Positions 1-14,400 of a DNA stretch of 64,000 nt are shown in pieces. Numbering within the stretch: position 1 is the first letter of the stretch; each line of letters starts with the position of its first letter. The notes under the pieces are model-generated. The model was not told where the DNA came from. It was given only the letters and a program-made list of their open reading frames with translations, and ran no database searches. A program made the translations under genes and the position numbers. The stretch spans positions 14,092,871 to 14,156,870 of the forward strand of contig NC_092676.1 of the NCBI RefSeq assembly GCF_964355755.1. The letters run 5' to 3'. This DNA comes from Antedon mediterranea (Eukaryota; Animalia; Echinodermata).

Positions 1-647
1 GCGATGGAGTGACAATTCCACCCGAGTTCAAGATCGAGTAGATGACTTTTGTTTATTTATCGGCAAACTCGAGTGTTGCACACGAAAATTACACAGTCAA
101 TATCATCGTACTCGAGAATTTATATGATTAATGACAGGGGACACGATTATTACGCGAAAATTACACAGTCAATATCATCGTTCTCGAGGATATATACGAT
201 TTACGATCCTCGCAGCGGTAGTCATGTGATGCAGTTTCAACCAATCACGTTCGCGTATTTACATAGGCTATGTAATATAACTTGATATTTGAGCCTGAGC
301 AAGATAGTTTGATAGGCATATTTTACTTCGATGTAAATAAGATATTACATGTTATACTGTATGTAAAATACTTTTTTGTAAATAAAAATATTTAATGGTG
401 GTTAATTTATTAACTTGTTAATTTGTTTGTTAGTTATGATGTTATACTATTAATTATTTAGTTATTTATTAACCAAAGTGGAGTGGATTCGTGGCAATTG
501 CAACTTGACTGTAATATGCAAATATATAATAATATTTACTTCTTCTTGGATAAAGTTAAACCAAAATAAGCAATAATAAAAATTAAATATTTATTTTGCC
601 ATAAAGAAAGCAAAAACTAAACATACAGTACTATATGTACAGTAATA

Positions 648-669
648 CCATGGACCTATAGGTCCATGG
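648..669. repeat. 22-bp perfect palindrome with 5-bp flanking direct repeat (micro-MITE-like)
   Basis: TAATA-CCATGGACCTATAGGTCCATGG-TAATA. Confidence 0.65.
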
Positions 670-1089
670 TAATACATACTGTAGTATTGAGCACCAGTAG
701 CAGAGACGTCTGGACAATCGAATATAATCGTTATCAGCTGTCTGGGTACCCAAGGCTAGTGCTAGAAAATGGCGAAAATTCGTGTATTCATTCGCCGTCA
801 GCGAAATGAATCCGACACTTTTCTCATCAGAAGCAAATCAACAAATCCTTTTATCAGTTTGTTTTGATATATAATCTGGATAATATATATTAAAATGGCC
901 TTGGTTCAAGCATGTTTAACAGGTAAAATCAGATTTTTTCCTACCTAGGCCCCTTAGCACTGCGGTACCCTACGCCGTGTGGGGGAACCGATCTCGGCAG
1001 TATTTCTTAAGTAGCCTATCTTTCGTAAAATCCTTAGTTGAATTTTATTAATATAAATTTAATTGTATGAATATGCTATTTAAATGTTA

Positions 1090-1721
1090 TTGAAATTTTT
1101 TTTTGCTGCATTTTGTAATTCCGCACTACTTGCTTTATCGCGATTCCAAGATGGCGGCAATTCAAATTTTGATTTGGTAATAATTCGCGAGGTCAACCAC
1201 TTTGCTGCCCGACTGTATACCAATGTAAACCACATACAGTATGTTCACATATTATATATGTCAAAGGTTATAAATTGTATTTCCAGTCATTTTATGTGAA
1301 AATGTTTCATTACTACAAATATAAATGTCTCTATTCTGAAAAAAATGACACCAAAATCGATTGAAAATGATCAGTAGTTACTGAGATATACAGATAAGAG
1401 GTCAAAGGTCAAACTGGGAGAAACGTCATTTCCGGTCATTTTTTGACGAAACTTTTCATTAGAGCAAATAGAAATATGTGGTTTGTGAACAATTTAACAC
1501 CAGAATCAAGTCTCTACTGTTTATAGTTGCCAAGATATGAAGACTTTTTGTTTTTATGGTGGCCATTTTGAAATCAAGATGGCCGCCATACCGGACGTTG
1601 GACACTTGGCACCCCCCGATATTTTTAATCTATATACATCAAAGAAACTTTGTGGCAAGTTTCATGCTTTGGTAATAAAGTGCACAACTTGGCTATTTTT
1701 ATGGCACTAACTGCTCTACTA
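1090..1721. mobile_element. Non-autonomous DNA-transposon fragment (Academ-like terminus)
   Basis: Internal subrepeats (GTCAAAGGTCA...TTCCGGTCATT...AAATGTTTCATT) are shared with ~26270-26400 and 61250-61971; ends in ...CTCTACTA. Left boundary approximate. Confidence 0.45.
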
Positions 1722-2082
1722 TTATCTGACAGCGAATTATAGTAATATCATGGGACTCATAAATACCAGAATGCTTTGGGATTTGTCGTTAGACTCTTTT
1801 CCCAGCCGTTTTTGGATTGGTGGTACCAATAAATTATAGTGGAGTTTCCATTTTAACAAAAATGTCAAAGTGTAGTACTATAAAGCTGCTTGATTTCATC
1901 TAATGAATGAGTCATCTCGTGTGACGTAGCGGGCTAGAGCAGCAGCGTGAAAATCAACACCAGCTAATGTAGAAACAGTCAACAGCTTATGTAGTAACGA
2001 AAATTGTCTCCCAGCTTATGTAGTTACTATCGCCAGCTAATGTAGAAAATGTTATATATTTTACAAAAATGTCTAAATCATT

Positions 2083-2250
2083 GGAGGTGTGGTCGTTAAG
2101 AGAGGTGGTCGCTTATGAGAAGCGGTCCCTTATGAGAGGAGGTGATCCCATACAAGAGGTGGTCGATTAAGAGAAGCGGTCCCTTAACAGAGATGGTAGC
2201 TACGATGCGTGGTCGTTTTAGAAAGTTGGTTGCTTACGAGAGGTGGAAAG
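2083..2250. repeat. Tandem ~19-bp subrepeats of a pogo/Tc1-like MITE end
   Basis: GAGGTGGTCGCTTATGAGA-like units, related to the motifs at 50325-50400. Confidence 0.5.
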
Positions 2251-2338
2251 ACTGATAGGTAAGTAAAGATCGATGCATTTAACACCAAATTGCATCGTGG
2301 TTATTCACTGTTATTTATAAAACACTTGATATACTCAC

Positions 2339-2410
2339 AAATATGTTAACCTCGTCATACCGACAAATGTGTTTTGTGGTAACTCTTTCAAGAACATATC
2401 TTCTAAGAAT
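2339..2410 (-). CDS. Exon: LRR (72 nt); gene continues beyond the left edge
   Basis: [24 protein letters not shown], gtgagt donor. Confidence 0.88.
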
Positions 2411-5400
2411 CTGTCAAAATATTAACCTAATTTAAAATATCACAAATGCTATTGAATCGATACAGCGATATGGTTTATATATATTATAACAAACCAAGAT
2501 CTATCTGTTCATTTATTTGGCGACTATTCCAAAAACCTTGTGGATATTTCATGTAACAGCCTTGTGAAATCCTCGTTAGCCACCAGAGGTCGCAGCCAGA
2601 GTTCATAATATCCAAAACCACAACAAATATGTACAAGGGTATGTTTTTTTCATACACCATCCGTCTTTGGAACAAACTACCACAAGACGCTATGGAGTCA
2701 ACATCACTAGAGGGATTCAAAATTTATATCTCTTATGTTGACATAAATTTGAAATTGTTGTTTAAAAAAAATTGTTTTACTCTTAATTTCATTATGGACT
2801 TGAACTATTCTTTAAAGCTCATAAATTATATATTTTAAGAGTCAAACAAATTATTTTTAGGCTGTGGGAATTCATATTGTCTAATTTGCCTAAATAGTTC
2901 AATATTTGATTTATATACTCACAGATATGTAATGCTATGCAAACCCACAAATGTACCACTTTCGATTGTGTGTATTGGATTACCACTAATGTCTCTGTTA
3001 AAGAAATATTTAAAACATTAGGCCTATACCATACTCACTATATGTTGGTTTTACAACCTTTATAACACACATTACTTTAAATGTTGACCCAAGTTTCCTA
3101 TTTTCTTTCTTTTTAAGGAAAACAAGACCCCGTCTCATTCTTTAACAAAAAAGAAAAACAATTTGATCCACGTCATCTCTTTTGATCTTCTATTATTGAT
3201 ACAATCGCGTTGTAGACCTATTTCTAATAAAATTATAGGCCTATTTTAGATTACAGAAAAAAATTACTTGCAAATTTGTAGAACGTCAAAAGTGATCGTT
3301 TTTACATTTAACCGCGTGATGTTTGCATTAGTGAATTACGAATTTACAGATTTGCACATTTTTTTTGCAAAACTGTGGTTGTTTGCACATTTGAGGGCAA
3401 AATGTTTGCTCAAATGTGGTTGTTTGCACAAATCTTTTTGCACATTTCACGGCTCAAAGGGCGTAATAATTTTATCTGTATTTATCATGCAAACAGAACA
3501 CTACGTATTTGGGTCTATTGTACTTACATGTTGATAAGTTGATTGAGACCAATGAACGACCCATTACGTAAATGTGTAATTCTATTTCCAGACAGACGTC
3601 TTTAGATAAAATATACATACATTTTAAATAATAATGAAAATAATATAATAATAATACTACTAATGCAAAATTAAACATGGTTTTGCTATATTTGAAATTA
3701 TATTTTAATATAGCCCTATACTGGTGCATGTTGTATTATCTCAAGTTAAATTTATAACACATTGTATAAATAAACACATTACATAATAGTACATTGAAAC
3801 GTGCCTTGTAAGTATGATAATGTAGTCACTGAATAGAAGAAATATTTTGTGCATATCTTAAATTAAACATGTTAATTTAAATTACAAATTATACTTACAG
3901 TGTACGAAGATTATTTAATTGAGAGAACATTCCTGGGTTTATAATTTCCAAACCTACATTTGATAAATCACTTTGGAAAAAAAAGAATGAAATAAATACA
4001 AAGTTTTCCAGAAACTACACGGCTGTTTATTGTCTCTAGATATAGTACGCAAACTGGTGATTATGCACACATTTAGATTATTTAACAAACTAAAATTTAC
4101 TAACAGGTGTAATAGTAATTTGAACTTATTAATATCTGTCAATATGACATCATTGAGTGTTGCTCCATTGATGTGGTCTGTGTTTCTACGTTTCCTTTCA
4201 TTTTGTTCTATATCACTAAGATTCCTAAAAGATTTAATTAGATTAATAATTAATGAAAACTACTATTTTCGTAATGTCAATATTAGCAAAATAACTTCCA
4301 TGCATTTTTCTCTCAGCAACCTCTACACATACACATTTTCAAAATCTCGTTTAATACAAAATGTTGGGGTTTAATTACGAAAAAATATCAACAAGTCAAT
4401 TAAACTCTGAATGTCAAACTTACAAAGCCCTTGACTTCTCTGGTAGTTTAGAAGCTATATTGGAATTCCAGTATGCTCCTGCACACGAAACGGAATATCC
4501 AACACAGTTGCACTCATCGGGACAGTCAACATCTGTATAAACAAACATATCAATATTATAAGGCATGCTTAGGCCTATACAAGGCTATAACGAACGACGA
4601 TAGATGTATAAAGAATTAGAAAAGTTTAATACAAGAACTGTATAGAATAACCATTTATATGCCCACGGTCTGTGATGAAAACAACATTTTCAAACATTTT
4701 ATTAAATGACGCCATGATTAATAAGAATAATGGTTACGATACAACGATGTTGTTCTTACTGATCATGATGTAATTTGTTCGACTTTTCATCAAAGACAGT
4801 ATCAATGGTTATTATTTAGTTGTAGGATGAAAACATTTGTAAATTGTTTTTTCTTTAGGGAGTATGTGAATTTATCTATTCATTGTCGTCGATATAAATG
4901 TCGTTGATATAAATGAGCCTTTAAGGTACTCATGGATATGGGTTTGGAAAAAATAAGTAATGATAAAGGCCTATTTGTCTAAAAATAAGTTATTCAAAGA
5001 GTACATGTTCTATTCGGTGTCATTCACGATATCTTTTTTTTTTATTCACTAACAATAACAATGATTGTGGGCCCTAATTAAAAAACTTTTAAACAAGCTT
5101 TCAATATTACTAGATACGGCTCGACTTAATCCTATTAAACTCGGATGTATAATAAATAGCTCATTAACAATTAAATAAAGTATATTTACCACAATATAAC
5201 TCATCGTCTCCTTGTGGACAGTGGTTAATGTTGTCGCACACATGATCTTGAGAAATACAAACACTACCTGAGCATCTGTAACTTCCTGGACATGTAAACA
5301 AATCTAAGAAATAAGATTTAACATTATATTAAGCTCTTTGATTTTGACAATCAGAATGATCGTTCATAGTTAATTATGGTTGGCAACAACAAATACTGTA

Positions 5401-8400
5401 TGCCACCTTCTATTATTATTAAAATTAAGCCTATAGTTTAATTTAAACAATTTAAGTGACATGTGAGGGTAATAAGTAGCATTCAAGTTACCACAGTAAT
5501 CTTCATCGCTTCCATCTGGACAGTCTTTTTTACCATTACATCGTAGCAGCTGAGGTATGCAATATGATTCTGGACATTTGAATGCCATTTCTGAACATTC
5601 AAAATAATCTGTATACGTTACAAAAAAAATGTTGAAACAAATTATATAATATTAAAAGAGATTGATTTTCATTGTGAGATGAGCATTTTTTTCTAGAGAT
5701 ATTCGACATGAACATTTTAATATGAAACCCCGATATCCGAGTTGTTGAGTAAGCTGGCAGGTCTGTATAACTGCGCGCTATTGTGTCTCAACTAGGCCTA
5801 TGGTATTTATTTGAATAAACGCACAACGTCCCACACTTCCCCCCAATAAAACAATTGGAATAATGATCACTATTATGGATTTTCACTGTAAAGCATTAAT
5901 TATTATTACGTGTTTATTGATATGTGGCATTGGCGGAGGCTTGCGCTCTCTGAGTGCTCTTTTAGTTTTTGTAGTTCAGTGGTCATGAATACAATACATT
6001 AATTCCCTGTCAATACATAGCACATAGCCCACAGCATGTATTTTACTTTTTTATGCACACAAATAAAATCTTAAAATGATCAGTCACAGAATATGAAATA
6101 GATGTTTAAAATAGTAGTGTTTGTAGGCCTAACTGGGATTACAGCAGGGAGTTACAATTTCCTGAAAGCTGCAATGTGCAAGTGATTGCTGCGAGCAGAG
6201 AATAACGTACATATTGATATGTACTAGACGTTGCAAAGTGTAAGCAGATTTATAGCATTATGTAGTGCACTGTCGGAAAGTTCCCTTATGTTATATGGAA
6301 CAACATACTAAAAGTCCCTATATTAGATCATATCTTGGTAACCGATGGGTGTAAATAAACAGTTGTGGTGTCAAAATACTCAGAAGACCCATATTTAAAG
6401 AAATGACCCGAAATTTGGATTGTCTCAATATCTTTGACTGACCGTTGGAACAAAAATCGTCACAAATTATTCAGGAAGATTTTTTGTAGACAATGAACTT
6501 TCGAATCGGACAATTCAAATTGCTGTTGCTGAATATAAATAGCACCCATTGTTTTTATTCTAAATAAGGTAACGTAACACCTATTTCATTAAAAAGAAGC
6601 CAAATGGCAAAAATTGATTTTTCTTCATACTTTGGTAATTAATCACACTTTAGGCAGGGAGTTGTTATCTTTAGGTAAATATAACAAAACTTAAATATAT
6701 TTTTTTTAAATAATGGTTGCCATGGTAACAGGTGTGTGTGTGTCCTTTGTAGTATCCGATTAGATCATAGTTTAAGAATTTAGATTTTCACTTCGATAAA
6801 GTACATGGTAACTGAGTTGTTCCATCCAACCAAATATATTTATAGAAAATACAACTTCAAAAAAAATGTCACCTAGAAGGGACACAGACCAAGACTATCA
6901 GGGTTTTTTTTTTTTTTTTTATAGCCTTGCACACTAGACTAATGGAAGTGGTCTATTCTGTTGGCTAGAAGAAAGATTAACAAAATCAGGAGACACCTCA
7001 ACATCTTGTTATTAAGTTCTTGACATGGCCACAAGTTTGAGCAATGAAGTAGTGAAGGGAAAAACAGGTTTTAAGCAACAAAATACAGTACTGTACATGG
7101 GATTGGAGAGGTCTACACTACGTACATTGTTTGGTATCTTTATGTATGCCTACCTATATCCGGTGAACACAAAAATTTTTATTTTGATATAAGTTTATTG
7201 TAATTAGATAATTAATGACGTCACATAAAGACATAATGTTATGTATATTTAAAGATGTATTGTCCCCCAAAAACATGAAAAATGAAGATTAATTACATCA
7301 GACTTTGTAGGTTTAATCAAGTTAATCAATTGCGTAGAAAAAAACGAAGACGAAATTATGTTTTCACTAAAATGACAAAATAAATGGTTAAATTCAACCA
7401 AAAATCCATTGGCTGCCAGCCAATTTGACTTGTTTGCTTTAAATTACAGTTTTTTTTTCAGGTAAATAATTTTGTTTAGATCCAAGTGTTGGCTATTATA
7501 TGATATTAAAATGGCATAATCAACAAAAAAATATTTTTTTAAGGGGGACAATATATCTTTAAATAATGAACATTTCCGTATCTAAAACCTAAAATATTAT
7601 TTTAAAGATATGACTAATATATCTAAAATTCTCATATATATATATATATATATATAATATATGATAGGCCTATACACTGATTCATTTAAGCATCGTTATG
7701 CACATGTTTATAGCTATGAATATGTACGTACACAACAAAACACTGAGTTCTAGATTATTAAACAATTTTGGGTAGGGTTTGATAAAAAATAGCCATAAGT
7801 ACAGTTTTTCTTGTTTTAATATTTGATTTAATTTGAATTCAGTTCAAATTTTATGCCATTACTTTACAAATAACATATCCTGAAATCAGAAAAAATACCA
7901 ACTTTTGTAACAACATCAATATAACAAAAATGTATTCCCCAAAATTTTTTGCCTCTTATCCATTCACACGCAAATCAAGTGTTACCATAGACGTTGTGAA
8001 GCTCCAAACCTTGACCAAAATTTGATTTTTTACCACAAGTAAAAACACCCCTATTGACAATAAATGGTACGGTCCATTTCCATCCCCGCGATCAACAATT
8101 TTTTGCTTTCAGTTTGTTTATAAGTCTTTCATCATCTTGTATTAAAAATTAAATTTCAACAATCCGAATTATTGAAATAAACGTTTACCCTATTTGACAG
8201 TGAAATAATAGGAAAAATTACAAGAAAATGCTGTAATTTTTTAAGTGGCCGTTACTATGGCAACAAGATACAGATACCAACAATAATTTTATCTGTGCAT
8301 GTTTCAACCAAACATCTTTTATTGTGCAAATTTTAAAGAAAATCTATTTTTTAACTTGGGCCACCTAAAGGTCGATATTTATAGACAACTGCCCTTAGAA

Positions 8401-11400
8401 AAGTAACAACATATATTTATATATAATATACAGGTATATCTTATTCAGACTCCACCCTGTCTCCTTTTGTTGTATTTCTTTTATTCTTGTCCACCCAGGC
8501 AGCACTTGCCAGCTTTATACTCTGACGTTATCCAAATTCCTTCACTTGCACTGATGAAGGGCTAGTGTTGCCCGAAAGCTCTGCTAACTTTTCTGTCTGT
8601 TTTACTTTATCGTTTTGATTTAGCTTTTCGCTTTTTTTTATAGATCCAGCCAATGATATCCACAGAATTATCATTTTTTCAGTAATTTGCATTTGGATGT
8701 ATATAGTATATATATAAACACAACAGGCAAAGAACATTAATTCTAAACCGCCCGGTGATATACTGAAATTTAATTAATTAATTTGAAACGATAAAGATGA
8801 GGAAATCTGTGAGAATGAGAAAAAGTCGCCCCAACCGAGACTCGAACTCGGACCGCCTGCTTGATATGCAGATGTCCTAACCATTAGACCACTGGGGCTT
8901 TCATGGTATTGTTCGAACTCGATTGGATAACGACTCTTTAACATTCTCGGCGTGGTACGGCGGAACAGCACTAGTCCTCAGTTGTACGCACGCGCAACAG
9001 AGATCAAATTGATACGCCCTCATCTTTCAGTATTTTTATTCACGAGACGGGATCTCCGAAGAGATACTTTTATATATATAAACACAATAGGCAAAGAACA
9101 TTAATTCTAAACCGCCCGGTGATATACTGAAATTTAATTAATTAATTTGAAACGATAAAGATGAGGAAATCTGTGAGAATGAGAAAAAGTCGCCCCAACC
9201 GAGACTCGAACTCGGACCGCCTGCTTGATATTGATACCACTCCTAGTAATAAAATAGGCATTAAAGTGTTATGAAATACTTTTAGTAAGAATACAAGATT
9301 GATGGAAATACCATACCACAGTATCTGAGATGGGTTGAATCTCTACAACCTTTCTGAAAACCATCAACAGTCAACTCGTATATACATCTTGTATCATTTT
9401 GCATACACGCCCCGTTATTACACTGTATATCATCATCTTGACATTTAAATAGATGGTTGTGGTATTCTAAAAAAATGAAGTTTGTGTATGAGTAGGATGT
9501 GAATACGTTATTCATGTTTCAGTTTAAATTCGATGTTAAGTATATACATTTCGATAGATTATAGATACATTTGCTGTACACACACTTCAAGAAAATAGAA
9601 GAGCTTTTTTTGAAAAGTTTTAACTTAAAAGTAGTGATTTATTAAATATGTCATGACTATCGAGAATAAGGAACTAATTTGATGTTTGCGTAAAAATTAA
9701 ACATTATTTTTTAATCATCTTATAATAAATTTTGCAAACAAAGCTATAAATCAGTATAGATTATTAATTAAAATGTATTAGATGTATTATACCACAGTTT
9801 TGTTCATCTTCCCAATATTGACCACTGCAGCTTTTGTAGCCATCGCAAACGGCACTCATTGGTTGACAAGTCCCATCGTAGCACTGAAAACTGTTGTTAC
9901 ATATATCTTAAAACATAACACAGAAGTACTATTTATGTAATTTATATGACATTTTTTCGTCTTTTTTTTAACTTGTACGTTAAATCGTCGTAATAAATGA
10001 TGTCTATCATTTGAAACTCAAAGAGCCATCACTTGATTAGCTGATGCTCATACTTAGCATATCGTTCACAGTTTGGGCGTAGTAGGCCTAACACTTTTAA
10101 ATGAGTATCCAATTACTACTTGTATGCACAATGCTGTGCACAAACTGGATTTCTACTTTACTGATCGTTAGTTTCACCAGTATTATAGTGCCAGAAATAA
10201 GGTCGATCTTTCGTGAGATCTTTTGACTATACCAGCCTACATGGCTGTTGGACTATATCTTCGTTATAACAATTTACAATCTGCTGAACCACTTTGAAAA
10301 TCAAGAAAGAATAAATAATAATAATTTGACTAATTAAATTACATTTTTTTGGCTATTATTATTATTTTTTAGTTTCTTTTCGTTAGTTTGTACGTCATGA
10401 GCCTTCCCCTTTGTATGCATTTTACCGAATATAATAATAATTGTATTTTAAAGAAATATATTGTAATCAATTCTTACCGCAACTGAATTCATCAGAACTG
10501 TCAGTACAGTCTTCAAAGAGGTTACACCTGTACGATTCTGGAACACATTCTCCATTATGGCATCGGAACTCGCCGCCTTCACATTCCGAATGTACTTAAT
10601 AAAATATTTATTGAAATTATTCACATAATACACTTTTAATAGTCTAGTTATTATTAATAGGTCATGCATAATACATAATAGGCAAATGTAATTCTGATAT
10701 ATAATGACGTTTTGAATAAAAATAGTATTTGTTTCTTCAAGATATTCCTTGCAATCGCCATTGTAATCATGTGTGGGAAATGTCGTTTTCGTGTCCCAAG
10801 GTTGGCCAACATGACTTCATGTATGATACAGTCCTCCAGAACAGGTGTAATATCGACATTGGCTGTACAAAAACAATGGACATAACCTCTACTCTACCAA
10901 AAGATGTAGTGGGTTCTTTACACACGTGCGAGATGTGTCCCTGAACATCCGTTTTAACGAGAATGAACGAGAACGCTTTCACCGAACTGTAAAGAGAGCT
11001 AGCCGTTGATTGTATGGTTAAACGCGTCTAATGCGTCATAAGTATGTACGTTTAAGCTTACATAAAATAATAATCTTTGATAATTCTTACCGCATCCTTC
11101 CTCGTCTGAACCATCTATACAATCAACGATGAAATCACACACGAGGCTGACCGAAATATTTTCCAAGCTACTTTTACATTTGAAATATTTGAAAATGTCA
11201 ACACTTTGTGAATCATTGAAACCACAATAGAGTTCATCACTGTCGTCAATACAGTCTGAATGTTCATCGCAGACATATGTCTGTAAGATGCATTCACCAT
11301 TGTCGCACCTAAAATGATTTCTTCCACAGGAATTGTCATAACCTAAAAATGATTATACGATTTGTTAGATTAGATTTAGATTTTTTTGTGAGATTATAAT

Positions 11401-14400
11401 TTTTATTTCATTTTCACGAAATAAGGCCATTTATAATGTGGGACTTGAAGTGGTTAATTTTACTTACTTCATAATTTTATTTATTCAGATTGCGTGTAAA
11501 TTTTACATTATAAAAACACACAAATAGACACAAAAAGAAAAATAATCAGACAGTAATATAGTTGCGTGAGTGAGATTTTAATTTGGAATCGTTAGGACTA
11601 TTAGAATTTATTGCAACTGATGGCCAATTTTTAGCAACATCATTTAATCGTGGAAAGCAAATGGTAGTACAAACAGAATTACTGTAGGCCTATTTTTAAA
11701 AGTATATTGGATGTGCCCAACCGGGTATTCCTAAACACCACAAGCCTCCAAAACAACATAGCAAATCACATCGAACAAACATTCAATTGATGCTTTACAG
11801 TTTCACAACCAACTATTTTTTATGTAAAATAGCTATTTTTTTTTTCAAAATAAAAAATAATGGCTTATGTCAAATAAAACTGCTTTTACAATGTATTTTG
11901 GGTACATGATTAAATTATATTTATTTGATGATTTGTTTTTGTTGGTGTCATCATCAAATATCATTATCATTAACTATTAATAATATTACTAATACTAATA
12001 TTACTATTATCACTACTACTAATACTACTATTATTATTATTTTTATAATTAAAGGCTAGGCAATCTATCTAAAAACAGCCTAAAGTAAAACAAATTGCAA
12101 ACAGAGAATTTTCTTTTTTAAATGGTCACATATGATGAGGAGATCAGAAGCACATCACACTCACCGACAGCATCATTAATCCTCTGTTCGTTAGTTGCAT
12201 TATCTTAAAAATACTATCCTGAATTATATTATTCTGAATTATATATAAACCTCTACACATTTTATTACATGGTGGTAGACCCGATTTTTTATAAGGAACA
12301 GAGTGAGCAAACCAGAATTAACAAGAAAACAAGAAGCAGAAAATAAAAGCAAGAAATAATTTCTTGAAATAGAAGAGACGAAGACAAAGACAACCAGATA
12401 TTTGTTTGATAGGAGAAAACCAGAAATGTATTACTGTGTAAGGTACATTCATATCATTCATATTATTAAAAACTCAAGAGCCAGATATAAAACCATAGAT
12501 CATCATCTTTTTCGTAAAGATATATTGTCCCCATGAAAAAAAAATTCTTAAATATTTTTTGTTGAATATTCTATTTTAATGTAACATAATAGTTATCCAC
12601 TTTGACCAAAAGTGGATCAAAAAAAATGTATTTACCTGAACAAAATGTAATTTAAGGCAAAAAATGGTCAAATTGGCTGCCAGCCAATGGATTTTTCTGA
12701 TTTAATTACTCTTCATTTTCATGTGTTTTGGGGGACAATACATCTTTAACAATTACCAAACTGAATACCGACGCCAGAAACGAAGGAGTATTGTATCTAT
12801 GTTTCTAAGCTCAGAAAAACAAATTTCATGTATGTAATATTATGTGACAATAGATTGAATCTTGAATGAATAAAACATACATTATACGTAAGCATTTTAA
12901 CCGACCAATCACAAAAGGGTTGACATCTTTTCTTGAACTTTGAACTTTGGGTGACATTTCAGAGCATCCCAATGCTTCCGAAGACGTTGCTTCCGAAGAC
13001 ATGCTGAAGATGACGTTCTTTGTGACGTCACAGGTTATTTAAATAAACTCATAAAATTCACATTTTGGCTCAGATTTCGTATGTTTTCAGCGTTTTCAAC
13101 CCTCTTGAAACCATTCTAATGCGTTCTATGCAATACAATGTCAAAATGTTGGCTACAACAACATACATATCTGGGGCATTTTAGGTCATTACCTGATTTC
13201 TCCCTACGAAAGTATTGAACGTGTTCCGTAAAAGCTTTAGTCGTGTACAAAAGTTCCGGGAACATTGCGTCAAGAATGAATGATTTGGCCAAACTGTGCT
13301 ATTTTATACCCTTAACCCAACAAATTAATTCAAATAAACGGGTTTTGAAATGCGTTAAAAACCTCCCTCGGGAATTAGCATATTTAATGTTAACATTAAT
13401 TTTTCAGTTTTCATCAGATATATAGGTATATAAAAACACCAACAATGTAAGGATCTTCCGTACTGGTAACAGATATCAGAAGAATGGACAGTTTTGTATT
13501 TTTCCGTTTCACCAGAAAAGAGTGAAATTCATATCTTCCCTGGGATGACAGATTACAGACATCTAAAGTATTTTAAATATAATGCGACAGGCTCAACGTT
13601 ACAGGGATTCAATAGCCCTAAGCAATTATGTGTCTGAATGATTTTCACTGAGAGTAGCAGTATATAGTTAATTAATTAATTAATTGTAAGTACGACATTC
13701 AATGTGTACGTTGTAACATAAGTTTGTTTTCATAGGTATAATGTAAAATTAGAAATGATACTTGCCATATTCGATTACTGTTGGTTCCTTAGGTGCCCGT
13801 ATGTTCGTATTAAATACACCTGATTGAAACATAATATTGGTCAAAATCATCTTACTGGAAAGGATTATGCAGTTGTTCAACGTGGCATTTGTTACCGGTA
13901 TGGTATGTGATTTTATCTAATGAGATTCGTCAGATTGTATTTATTTTAAATATAACTTACCATTAACGAACTTCTTGCAGATATAACGTTTGGTATGTTC
14001 TCTAGCGCACGGTACGTCGTGCCAGTGATTAGTTGAATGTATATTTTTAATAACGATTAGTCCACAATTCTCTGACGTGAACCCATCTGGTTGACTATTT
14101 TTCCAATCCGACCTAAATAACATAAGTTTGAACATAAATAAAAATGGTGTGTTTTTAATTCTTCTTAAAGATGTATTGTCCCCCAAAAATATGAAAAATG
14201 AAGATTAATTAAATCAGACTTTGAATATTTTATTTTGTAGTTTTTAACAAAGTTAATCACTTCCATAGAAAAAAAATAATGTTTTCACTTGTAAAATGAC
14301 AAACTAAATAGTTAAATCCAACCAAAAATCCATTGGCTGGCAGCCAATTTGAAAATTTTTTGCTATGTTTACGATCCAATTTTTGTTCAAAGTGGATAAC

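Noticed and set aside
8755-8815. Hammerhead within the tRNA-containing unit (CTGA...hairpin...GAAACG)
   Set aside because: Core lacks CUGANGA and no stem I pairing is evident.
8827-8898. Functional tRNA-Asp(ATC) gene
   Set aside because: Atypical anticodon, A at position 32, and multiple degenerate copies with shared flanks indicate a repeat-borne module.
10729-10982. Overlapping 71-aa ORFs on both strands between LDLa exons
   Set aside because: No domain motif or compatible splice sites; the flanking exons join directly in phase.
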